64,000 bases of DNA from Raja brachyura (lineage: Eukaryota), in the NCBI GenBank assembly GCA_963514005.1, contig OY740811.1, positions 12,152,001 to 12,216,000 on the forward strand. The letters run 5' to 3'. A program made the translations under genes and the position numbers. Shown here piece by piece: positions 13,601-24,003 of the stretch; position 1 is the stretch's first letter, and each line of letters starts with the position of its first letter. Under the pieces are notes generated by a model. The model did no database searches and was not told the DNA's origin. It was given only the letters and a program-made list of their open reading frames with translations.

Positions 13601-13872
13601 GCAACAGTTTTTAACCATAGAGTTTTGCCACTAACTTGCAGGCTTTGTAGAATTAAAGGGAATCATGTTTGTTCTAAATATGACAGTAATCCTGCAGAGA
13701 AACAGCTTTGAATTTGTCAGCTGTTTTCAAAAGTCTGTTTATAGCGATGATTTTCCCTCAATTTATCAGATTTCTTTCATTTTTTTCATGAAAAAGGCCA
13801 TAGGCATGTTAAAAATACAATTCCATTTAATAATTATTTGGATTTGGAAATCCTTTAACATCTCATTCACAA

Positions 13873-14034
13873 TCATCATCATCGGTGAAAACATCAACGG
13901 GCACGGTGCCTTACAATGCCATGTACGACAGTGATTGCAACTTGTACTGAAGTGTGGATGGCCATTGGCTCGCGAGGAGTTCATCCGCCCTTTGACAGGT
14001 CTTGTTTTTGGTCATGCTGGGGGTCCACAGCCCC
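13873..14034 (-). mobile_element. Short retroposon (SINE-like, probably RTE-mobilised) with (GAT)n tail
   Basis: Perfect 11-bp TSD ctcattcacaa (13862-13872 / 14035-14045). The minus strand starts with a G run (GGGG/GGGGG-CTGTGGACCCCC) and ends gatgatgatga. Confidence 0.8.
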
Positions 14035-15143
14035 CTCATTCACAAGAAAATAACTTATCTGGCTTCTTTGGAGTTGCTGATGTCCAAGTCAGATTCTATT
14101 TAAGGTCATATATTTGAATTGATTTTAGTTGATATAGTATAAGCTTAATCGTATGACTGTTTATACTTGTAGGAGTTCTCAAGTAAAGAATATATTCTAC
14201 AGAGGTAGTTATGAATGCTGAGCAAAAGGTGACAGCATTTGCAAGAGGGGGATGATAGAACAATATTGACGAGTTAAGTGTTTAGCAGACATTTGAAATT
14301 AAGAAAAGAGGTTGCACAATGGAAGGAAGAGGGCTCCAGAATAGTGCAATAGCTGTAAAAATTACATTGATCACTGTATATTGACTTTTGTATTTCATTG
14401 TATGTTACAAGATGAATGTTCACTCAGAGTTGCCTGGTAACTGAGGGAGCGCTGTATCTGCCATCTATCTAGTTGTCAATAGATTTAATTCCCATGGCTA
14501 CCTCACTGCTGATTGAGTTTCATCAGTTCTCACTCAAGTCGCCAAATGGGTGTTGTGTTCTGCTTGGGTAGGGCATTGCAGTAAAAAAAAGGCACCATAT
14601 ATTGATAATTCATGGAGTGCATCTTTTATCTTCAAAGTTGAGGAGGTGGGCCAGAATTGGATGTGATGCTGTGGGAGAAGGGGATTGTGCGATGTATTTG
14701 TAAAACTTGTTCTATCAATAGTGCCACTGAGTTATTTACCTCAAATCTATCAGTGACTGAGTTGAAATTACATTACCGATGTCCCTATCAGTTTTTTTAA
14801 ATTACACTTACAATTTAAATTAATTGTAGCTTTGTGGGGAGGGTGGATGAGTGGAAAACTATGATAAAAAATATTGAATTAGATTAAAAACAGCAATAGT
14901 CAGCTCTACAATAAATTAATGAAACTAAAAGATGTAAACCTCAGTAGAGAGTATCTCAATACAAATGTAACTTTCATCTTTGCATATTGAATAAATGATT
15001 GAGTGCTTCCTTTTAGAATTGTGTAGTAAATAGCAAAACTAGTAATAGCCTTGCTTACATTTTCAGGTCTAAAATCTTAGCATAAAACTGTTGCCAATGC
15101 TGAAGGAAATATCAGTCTAATTCTTTGAAGTGAAAACGTCCGA

Positions 15144-16743
15144 CGGTGCCCTCCATAATGTTAGGGACAAAGACCCATCATTTATTTATTTGCCTTTGTA
15201 CTCCACAATTTGAGATAAAAAATCACATGTGGTTAAAGCGCACATTGTCAGATTTTATTAAAGGGTATTTTTATACATTTTGGTTTCACCATGTAGAAAT
15301 TACAGCTGTGCTTATACATAGTCCCCCTATTTCAGGGCACCAAAATGTTTGGGACACATGGTTTCACAGGTGTTTGTAATTGTTCAGGTGTGTTTAAATG
15401 CCTCCTTAATGCAGGTGTCAGAGAGCTCTCAGTACCTAATCCTTCCTCCAGTCTTTCTCATCACCTTTGGAAAGCTTTATTGCTGTTTATCAAAATGAGG
15501 ACTAAAGTTATGCCAATGAAAGTCAAAGTAGCCATTATGAGACCGAGAAACAATAATAAAACTGTTAGAGACATCAGCCAAACCTCAGGCTTACCAAAAT
15601 CAACTTTTTGAAACATCATTAAGAAGAAAGAGCACTGGAGAGCTTACTAATCGCAAAGGGACTGGCAGGCCAAGGAACACCTCCACGGCTGATGACAAGA
15701 ATTCTCTCTATAATAAAGAAAAATCCCCAAACACCTGTCCGACTGATCAGAAACACTCTTCAGGAGTGTGGATTTGTTAATGACCACTGTCCGCAGAAGA
15801 CTTTATGAACAGAAATACAGAGGCTACACTGCAAGATGCAAACCACTGGTTAGCCACATAAATCGGATGGCCAGGTTACAGTTTGCCAAGAAGTACTTAA
15901 AAGAGTGACAACAGTTGTGGAAAAGGTCTTGTGAACAGATGAGATGAAGATTAACATATATCAGAGTGATGGCAAGAGCAAAGTATGGAGAAGAGAAGGA
16001 ACTGTCCAAGATCCAAAGCATACCGCCTCATCTGTGAAACATGGTGGTGGGGTATTATGGCCTGGGCAAGTATGGCTGCTGAAGGAACTGGCTTACTTAC
16101 TGTCATTTATGATACAACTGCTGATGGTAGTAGCATAAGTGTATTGACACATCCTATCTGCTCAAGTTCAAACAAATGCCTCAAAACTCATTAGCCATCG
16201 GTTCATTCTACAGAAAGACAATGATCCCAAACATAGAAGTTTTTCAAAACAAAATAATTGTAAATTCTTGAGTGACCAAGTCAATCACCCGATCTGAACC
16301 TAATTGAGCATGCCTTTTATATGCTGAAGAGAAAACTGAAGGGGACTAGCTCACAAAACAAGCTTAACTAAAGATGGCTGCAATACAGGTCCTGAAGAGC
16401 ACCACCTGAGAAGACACTCAGCAAATGGTGATGTCCATGAAATGCATTCTTCAAGCAGTCATTGCATACAAAGGATATGCAACAAAATACTAAACATGAC
16501 TACTTTCATTTGCATTACTTTGCTGTGTCCCAAACATTACGGTGCCCTGAAATGGGGGGTATAAACACTGCAGCAATTTGTACACGGTGAAACAAAAATG
16601 TATAAAAATGGCCTTTATTAAAATCTGACAATATGCACTTTAACCACATGTGATTTTTTTTCTATTACAAATCTCAAATTGTGGAGTGCGGAGGCAAATA
16701 AATCAATGATGGGTCTTTGTCCCAAACATTATGGAGGGCACTG
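15144..16743 (+). mobile_element. Tc1-like DNA transposon with long IR/DR termini (Sleeping Beauty-type architecture), full length but decayed
   Basis: ~215-bp inverted repeats (15144-~15357 / ~16527-16743), cggtgccctccataatg... / ...cattatggagggcactg followed by TA. Each IR has an outer and an inner direct repeat (ccataatgttagggaca / ccaaaatgtttgggaca). Confidence 0.95.
15495..16493 (+). pseudogene. Tc1 DD(34)E transposase pseudogene
   Basis: N-terminus MRTKVMPMKVKVAIMR..KTVRDISQTSGLPKST, GRPR motif, *TDEMKIN, SVKHGGG, ILQKDNDPKH, PSQSPDLNLIE, and C-terminus KGYATKY*. Multiple stops, frameshifts and an apparent deletion after DNDPKH. Confidence 0.93.
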
Positions 16744-17756
16744 TATGTGGAAATATTTGCTTCCTAGTTACAAGAGGCTTATAGCAAAGAGGACTTAAAA
16801 AGTGGAAAACTTGTCTTTTGAATTCATGTCACGTGTGAGCCATAACTATTGCTGGGGAATAGAAATCTTGGAGAACTAAATGTGTGGTGACACTAATAGT
16901 ACTTTAAGACATCTGCACCTCTGAAAGAGCTGAGTTTTGATCAGAAATGTTGCAATCCAACTTTAATTAGGAGGCCCATAGCATAATTAGTTTGAGGAAT
17001 CTGAAATAAAAGATATGGAGTCAAAACCCATAATTATTTATTTTTAAAAGATAAAATATTCGGAATGTGCAGTAACTTCATGACTGAGTTTTAAAATTGA
17101 ATGTTTGTTTATATTCCATTTTAAATTTGAACAATATTGTGTGCTTTTTATTCCTCAGTTATCATCCGTTAACACATCTTTGAGCATTAATTCCATGTGA
17201 CCAGTTTTATAACCAGTTTTTCATCAAATACAGAGTTGCGTGCATCAATATAAAACCAGCCATCTGGCCAGATCAGCCATCCCCCCCCCCCCCCCCCCTT
17301 CATACTCCACTATGGCACGCAATGTGGGACAGCTGAACCCATACAATTTATTTGATTCTTCCCAGCATAAAATGTAGCCAACATTTAAAAGACAACAGTG
17401 GCAAAAAGTACTTTAGGAGATAGAATGAGCTGAATCTGTTTGTGCCACGTTGTATTCATTAAGTATTGTTCTGTTGTATAAGTTAAAGGTAATAAGATGT
17501 TTGACAAATGTTCATGTGTTCCCCATGCTAATTATGCTTGATTTAATTAGTGTTCACTTATTTTTTAAACAATTTTGATTTCCAGTCTTTGCATATCTCC
17601 TATCTCATGAAACATATTTAAATATAGCGATAAAAAAAAGCATGGATCATTTTGGTCACTTGCATAAAATAATGATGTAAAATAATGCTGAGAAACTGCT
17701 AATAAATAAATGCCTGTTTATTACTTCAGATAGCATCTAACCTTTTCAGTTTTTTG

Positions 17757-18048
17757 GATTGATTGATTGAAAGATACAGCATGGAAGCAGGCCCTTTGGC
17801 CCACTGAATTCATACTGACCATCGATCACCCGTTCTCACTATTTCTCTGTTATCCCACTTTTGCATCCACTCCACACCCACCAAGGGTAATTTACAGCCA
17901 GCAATTAGCATGAACATCTCGAAGGTGTGCGAGGAAACCAAAGGAAATTTGTGCTGCCATGGAGAACATGCAAACTCCACCTAAGTAAGGATTGAACCCA
18001 GGTCTTTGGCTCTATGAGACAGCAGCTTTACTAGCAGTGCCACTGTGA
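17757..18048 (-). mobile_element. V-domain tRNA SINE (HE1-like)
   Basis: Antisense head cactgtga...ggattgaacccagg (B box), V domain gaacatgcaaactcca, and a CR1-like tail ending in (caat)n on the minus strand. Confidence 0.75.
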
Positions 18049-18435
18049 TACCTTCTGTCCATGAGTATTTTAAAATAGATATAGAGATTGAGAAATAATC
18101 TTAAAATCTTACTGTCCATACTTTATTGGGCGTTTTTCAAATGTCGGCACTTGAATGAATGATTTCTAGTTACTCCTGACAACACGAGTTCTTCTATTGT
18201 GCAGCTCACTATGGACAGAGTTTTTTTTGCATGAAAGTTAATTGAAAACTATTTTGTAAGCCTGCAAAGATTTCCAGGTGACCCGTTGAAACAAATTGTG
18301 TTGATGTATTGTCACAAGTTTACTTGAGCAAATAAGAATGAAATCTCTTAATAGTTCATCTATGACTATTGATTCTGAAAATATCCATAATTGATCTGAA
18401 CTACGATTTAAACCTTGAAAGAAATCACAATGATA

Positions 18436-18566
18436 GGGTCAGAAGAAGGGTCTCGACCCGAAACGTCACCCATTCCTTCTCTCCAGAGATGCTGCCTGTC
18501 CCGCTCAGTTGTTCCAGCTTTTTGTGTCTATCTTCGGTTTAAATCAGCATCTGCAGTACCTTCCTA
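18436..18566 (+). mobile_element. Solo Penelope-like terminal fragment with hammerhead motif (U4->A)
   Basis: gggt-cAgaaga-a-gggtctcgaccc-gaaacgtc-accc with a 4-bp stem I (gggt/accc). 10-bp TSD cacaatgata (18426-18435 / 18567-18576). Confidence 0.85.
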
Positions 18567-18787
18567 CACAATGATATCATGTTAGTTTGCAAATATTGGT
18601 CCTATAATAAATCAGTAAATAAAATTCTCGATCATATATTAACTGGCTGTTTAGATGGCTGGTTGCTTAGAATATTTTTTTTCTTTCTAATCAGTCCGCT
18701 ACTGTAAGAGCTGTGGGAGAAGTGTCTGGAAATTTGAAGAGGGGTGTAAATTCCAGCTCTGAGTTTGGAAACCATTTTGGAAATATC

Positions 18788-18890
18788 CTTGTGGCTCTGA
18801 AGAGTCTCAGAGTCTAAAGAAACGTCACCCAGTCCTTCTCTGCAGAGATGCTGCATTCCCGTTGAGTTACTCCAGCATTTTGTGTCTATC
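18788..18890 (+). mobile_element. Penelope-like terminal fragment with scrambled hammerhead stem II
   Basis: ctgaagagtctcagagtctaaagaaacgtcaccc followed by the same body. 12-bp TSD tttggaaatatc (18776-18787 / 18891-18902). Confidence 0.75.
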
Positions 18891-19389
18891 TTTGGAAATA
18901 TCGTCTTTGAATACATTCCCATTAAAGACATGAAATAACAAAATTGAAAGCATTCAAGACAGATATAATAAATTCTGATAAGGTTAACATTGTAAACAGG
19001 AAATTGTTCCGTAATGTTTGATACTTCGGTATCAATAGCCGGACATGAATGGTTAGATATTTTTATGACTGATTCCCATCATGTCCGGAGGAAAGTTTAA
19101 AAAGTACCTCATTGTTGAAAATAAGACGGGTGAAAAATTCCAAAGTACAAACTAGCCACGTGCCTGATCAGTGATGGTGCATGCATTGTAGATTATGTTA
19201 AAAGCCTTATGAAAAGATCAAAAAGCCCACAAATTGAACTGTAACACAATTCAATTACAAAATATTGTTTTATACTTCACTGAAGTAGAGGCCTGAAGGC
19301 AAATGGGAAGAGATTCTACTGTGAGCTTCTGCAGATCATTTTAATAGTCTTGTGAAATAAAATTAATACATTTTTCAATAGTTAAGTCT

Positions 19390-19586
19390 AGCGATATAGC
19401 ATCGAAACAGGCCATTTGGCCCACCGAGCTCACGCCAACCATTGATCACCCATTCACATTAGTTCCATGTTATCCCACTTTCTCATCCACTCCCAACCCC
19501 CTAGGGGCAATTTACAGAGGCCAATTAACCAACAAACCCGCATGTCTTTGGGTTGTGGGAGGAAGCCAGTGCAGAAGCCACAGGAA
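19390..19586 (-). mobile_element. 3' half of a V-domain SINE
   Basis: Similar to 17757-17940 (gaaacaggccatttggccca..., tgttatcccactttctcatccact..., gggcaatttacag). Confidence 0.7.
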
Positions 19587-19589
19587 TAG

Positions 19590-20245
19590 TGCAGGAAAAG
19601 AATGCAATGGCTGTAATGAAGGTAGATTGGAAGTTGAGAAATTCATCCCTAGCATATGAGAAGTCTGTTCAAGAGTCTGATGATAGTGGGGAAGAATCTG
19701 TTCTTGAATTAGTGATATGTGCTTCAAACGCATGCCCAACAGTAAAGGCGAGAAGAAAGAATGACCGGGGTATGAGTGATTCTTGAATATGCTGACTGCT
19801 CTCCCAAGGCAATGTGAAGTATAGATGAAGTGACTGGTGAGGGCGAGGGAAGGCTGGTTCATTTGATGGTCTATGATGCATTTACAACTCGCTGAAATTG
19901 TTCGCGATCTTGGGCAGAGCAATTGCTAATTCAAACTGTAGACATCCGGATAGAATGCTTTTTGTGGTTGATGTGTAAAAATTGGTACGGGTCATTGCCG
20001 AATAGCCTTCTGAGGAAGTAGAAGTGTTTGTGTGCTTTCTTGGCTATAACATCAATGTGGTTAGAACAGGATAAATTGTTGATGATAGACCCGGGATCTT
20101 GAAGATCTCGACCATCTCCATTTCAACGCCACCCTTTTCCTGAAGTTGATGACCGGCTTCTTAATTTCCTGATATTGAAGGAGAGGTTGTTGTCTTGGAC
20201 ACAATGCTACCAAGCTCTGTATCTCCTTCCTGTACTCTTGTCATT
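19590..20245 (-). mobile_element. Degraded L2/Rex1-Babar-like LINE reverse transcriptase C-terminal remnant
   Basis: ORF-track peptide IYTSHCLGRAVSIFKNHSYPGHSFFSPLLLG resembles the IY..RC..KA..I.KD..HPGH.LF..LPSG motif. Upstream remnants resemble VEMVE.FK.LG and LS.N..KTKE. Confidence 0.65.
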
Positions 20246-20489
20246 CAAGAGAATCCTTCAAACCCTTCTTCTGTTTGACAGAGCTTGAAGTAGTGTACCT
20301 GTTTCGGAAGTATGGCGTCAGGTATACAACATGGACTTGTGTATCAAAATGTACACTGACATTCTAATGTACTTCTCCGGTCCTGCAATGTCAGAGGTAT
20401 CAGTTTTGAGATGAGTAGCTGTCTGCTCTCTGAGATGTATGTAAAATATCTCTTGGCATAATTTTGAAGAACAGAGGGATAAGTCATGG

Positions 20490-20655
20490 TGTTCTGGCTG
20501 ATATCTATATCCTCAATCAATAGCACTAAAACAGATTTTCTGGACAATATCCTGTTGCAATTTGTGGGAGCATAACAGTGTGCGATAATTTCTTACATTG
20601 CCATAGTAGCAGCACTTTATTGGTTGTAAAGTGTTTTGGGACATGCTGAAATAGC
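20490..20655 (+). mobile_element. Deu-domain SINE 3' fragment with L2-type tail
   Basis: ctcaatcaatagcactaaaacagattttctgg...attggttgtaaagtgttttgggacat. Related patches occur at ~27135 and ~42012. Confidence 0.5.
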
Positions 20656-20859
20656 ACAGTAAGAGTGAAACATAGAACAGTCCAGCACAGGAACAAGCCC
20701 TTCAGTCCACAATGTCTGCTGAACATGATACCAAGACCATCTCCGTCTACCTGTACATAATCCATATGCCTCTGTTTCCAAATGCCTATCAAAGGTCTCT
20801 CTCATGCAAGGCACTCACCACCCTCTGTATAAAGAAGTTGCCCTGCAAATCTCCTTTAA

Positions 20860-21168
20860 ACCTGCACCTCCAACCTCATCTACTGCATCCGCTGCTCTAG
20901 ATGCCAGCTGATCTATATCGGTGAGACCAAGCGGAGGCTTGGCGATCGTTTCGCCGAACACCTCCGCTCGGTCCGCAATAACCAACCCGACCTCCCGGTG
21001 GCTCAGCACTTCAACTCCCCCTCTCATTCCGTAACCGACCTCTCTGTCCTGGGCCTCCTCCACGGCCAGAGTGAGCAACACCGCAAATTGGAGGAACAGC
21101 ACCTCGTATTCCGCTTGGGGAGTCTGCATCCTCTGGGCTTGAACATTGAATTTTCTCAATTCTGTTGA
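20860..21168 (+). pseudogene. Penelope-like element GIY-YIG endonuclease domain (5'-truncated, stop-free 102-codon frame, no start codon)
   Basis: My translation: TCTSNLIYCIRCSRCQLIYIGETKRRLGDRFAEHLRSVRNNQPDLPVAQHFNSPSHSVTDLSVLGLLHGQSEQHRKLEEQHLVFRLGSLHPLGLNIEFSQFC*. It shows NLIY-C..C-YIGET..L..RF.EH and L.P.GLN, diagnostic of PLE endonucleases. Confidence 0.93.
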
Positions 21169-21359
21169 CCCTTGCTGTCTCCTCCCCTTCCCACTTCTCC
21201 CCCAGCCCTCGGGCTCCTCCTTCTCCTTTTTCCTTTCTTCTCTCCGCCCCTCCCACCTCCCATCAGTCTGAAGAAGGGTTTCGGCCCGAAACGTTGCTTA
21301 TCTCCTTCGCTCCTTAGATGCTGCTGCACCCGCTGCGTTTCTCCAGCCTTTTGTGTACC
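20862..21359 (+). mobile_element. 5'-truncated Penelope-like retroelement (endonuclease + pLTR)
   Basis: GIY-YIG frame, pyrimidine tract, hammerhead motif and terminal body. 11-bp TSD ctcctttaaac (20851-20861) / ctcccttaaac (21360-21370), 1 mismatch. Confidence 0.9.
21265..21298 (+). ncRNA. Minimal hammerhead ribozyme motif in Penelope pLTR
   Basis: agt-CTGAAGA(21268-74)-A-GGGT-TTCG-GCCC-GAAA-CGTT-gct: stem II capped by UUCG and a 3-bp stem I (agt/gct with G.U). Confidence 0.7.
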
Positions 21360-22740
21360 CTCCCTTAAACTTTGCCCCTCTCATCCTGAAGAATGCATTT
21401 TCGTATTTTATTTATTCATCCGTGGAAAAGGGGCCTGACAGTCTATGCCTCTCATAATTTTATATATTTCTATCAGGTCTCCCCGCAACTTCCGGCATTC
21501 CAAAGAAAACAATTCAAGTCTGCTCAACCTCCCCTTGTAGCTATGCCCCCTAATCCAGGCATCATTCTGGTAAACCTCCTCTGCACCTTATCCAAAACCT
21601 CCACATCTTGCCTATGATGGGGCGACCAGAACTGCACGCAATACTCCAAATGCAGCCTAACCAAACACTATACAGCATCATCATGCGTTGTTGACTCTTA
21701 TATTCAATGCACAAACTATGGAAATAAGCATAGCAGACTTGCATACTAGACAAGCATACCAGACTGATTAGTCTTGCAAGAATGACACAATAAGTATACT
21801 GGTGGTTTGCTCCCAAGGTATAACAGAACATACACACATCTGTATATTACCTATAATGAGCAAGTGAGAATGAAACTGTACTGATAGGGTGCAAAATAGG
21901 CTTACTTTCTGGACCCAGGTCACGACTTAAAGCAATTTTGATAGGCAATTGAAATGTTCATTATTTTTCTTTTTACACTAATCATTTTAAATGTACAATA
22001 AATACTTCTGAGAGCTTGATCTCTGAGGTTTTATACCTCCTGCTGTTTCTTAATAAGATTTATTTGTTCTCACAGTTAGAATTGAGATGAGTGAAGGGAT
22101 TTATTCAAAGAAACAATAAATTATTGGATATTGTTATAGTTTTAGTTGTATTTCACCTATTTGTGACAGTTATTTACGATAAGCTCCTGAAGATCTGTCT
22201 GTAATTAGGTTTGAAAAAGAGAACGACTGTATTTTCAAAAATCACAGCACATTCCATATGAATCCACCATCTTTTCAGATTTAAAAACTATTTAACGTTC
22301 ATAATCCTCTAGCAATATTTTATTTAGTTGAAAAAAATAAAAATTGATTGTTAGAGCCTTTTTAAATTTTTAATGCATTTCTAACTTTTTTCAATAGTTT
22401 AGCATGCATCAATGGTTTGTCAGTAGTCTTTCAAAACAAATTGTGTGCAGAATTGATTAAATGTCAGGTTTGAGGCAGAGTTTTTACTATTTGATCTAAT
22501 GCAAATGAAAAAATACAGAGTAATTCTTGAGCAAAATGACAAAGATATTTTTAGGCCAAATTCTTGCCTAACCTGGGCGTGTCATAAATCACAAAATAAA
22601 ATTATTCAAAAATAATTTGCTTTAAATATTCTCACCTTCATTCTGCCTGAATTCCCTATTAGAACAAAGGTGCAGGAATGCCAGGGGTTCCTTTTTTTTA
22701 AGCAAAACTCACTGATCTATCACAGCAAATGACAGCCAAA

Positions 22741-23239
22741 AGCTCCTGTCCCACTTGGACGACCTAATCCATGAGTTTAGAAGACCCTAGACGAGTTGAA
22801 AAAAATGTCAAGGTCATGTTGACTCACCAAAGTAATAGACCTCTTACGACCTCCTACGAACCCCTTTGACCTCAGTCTTTCACACCAAAGACCAACTCCA
22901 ACTAGATACGAGTGGAAAATGATCACATGATAAAATTATGTCATGTTTGCATTTTCGATCCAGTTACCGACCTTCGACTATCTACGACTATCTACGACTA
23001 CCATCACGACCTACGAGTAAAAAGTATCAATTTTTTCCATGCCAACTTTTTTTTACTCGTGGACATTTTTTATCAGGCTGGAAAAAAAGCCGCAACCTAC
23101 GAGTACGGGGAGACCAGTCACGAGCATGAGGACGAGTTATGAAGACCTCCTACAACCTCGTGGCGACCATGCTGCGAGTATGAGTCAAGGGCAAACTTGG
23201 CAGAGATCGCCAATAGGTTGTGAAAGTGGGACCGGAGCT
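22741..23239. mobile_element. PIF/Harbinger-like MITE
   Basis: 16-bp TIR agctcctgtcccactt / aagtgggaccggagct (1 mismatch). Internal (t)acga(c) repeats. Shares atgctgcgagtatgagtc(a/g)agggcaaact with the copy at 42402. The TSD is degraded (aaa/tta). Confidence 0.8.
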
Positions 23240-23293
23240 TTACAAGCAAATGTTTGCCTGCAAATATTTGCCTTCAATAGGGGTCGCTGGCTT

Positions 23294-23482
23294 ATAGAAA
23301 CATAGAAAAATAGGTGCAGGAATAGGCCATTCAGCCTGCACCGCCATTCAATATGATCATGGCTGATCATCCAACTCAGTATCCCGTACCTGCCTTCTCT
23401 CCATACCCCCTGATCCCTTTAGCCACAAGTGTCACATCTAACGCCCTCTTAAATATAGCCAATGAACTGGCCTCAACTACCT
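23294..23482 (-). mobile_element. CR1 LINE 3' tail fragment
   Basis: Reverse complement of the 3' end of the CR1 at 47130-47293 (atagaaacatagaaaaataggtgcagg...ccattcaatatgatcatggctgatc). Confidence 0.85.
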
Positions 23483-23879
23483 TATGATCAGAAGCAAGTA
23501 TCTATTGAGTCAAATAGCATTATGGATAAACTTTTACTGTTATCCTGGCTGAGATCTATGGTTGCTGTGTGGAATTAACTGGAGACCTGAGTCTGATGGG
23601 ACCCATTTTCTGCATTTGGCTTGGATTAATATTCTGTACATGTGGCCATACCTTATAAGTACATTTCAGCAATTGCAAGTTTTTTCCTATTTTTCTGCAA
23701 ATACTTCCCAAAATTCCTTTTCTTCATTTATCCCATGTGAACAACAACTGGATTGAGAATATTTTGTTTGGAGTGATGGGTTGGTCATGTTTGAGAAATG
23801 TCATAAAGTTAGATTTGGATAGCTTGTGGTTAGGGGTTTAATTTTATCCCCCTTGAAACAAATACTAGAGACCCACCCA

Positions 23880-24003
23880 ATCTTTGAAGAAGGGTCCCGA
23901 CCCAAAACCCAGCAGCTTCGGCGGTTTTCTTTTTCCACAGATGCTGCCTGATCCACTGAGTTCCCCCAGCGCTTTGATTTTTGCTCAAGGTTCCAACACC
24001 TGT
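23880..24003 (+). mobile_element. Degenerate Penelope-like terminal fragment
   Basis: tgaagaagggtcccgacccaaaac...agatgctgcctgatccactgagttcccccagc. Confidence 0.7.

Larger units (their letters stand above)
20668..21690 (-). mobile_element. CR1 LINE 3' end split by the Penelope insertion
   Basis: Tail aaacatagaacagtccagcacaggaacaagccc at ~20670. The CR1 sequence resumes at 21361 (..ttaaactttgcccctctca...ggcgaccagaactgcacgcaatactccaaatg). Confidence 0.8.

Noticed and set aside
20815-21159. 114-aa minus-strand ORF
   Set aside because: It is the antisense shadow of the GIY-YIG frame on the plus strand.
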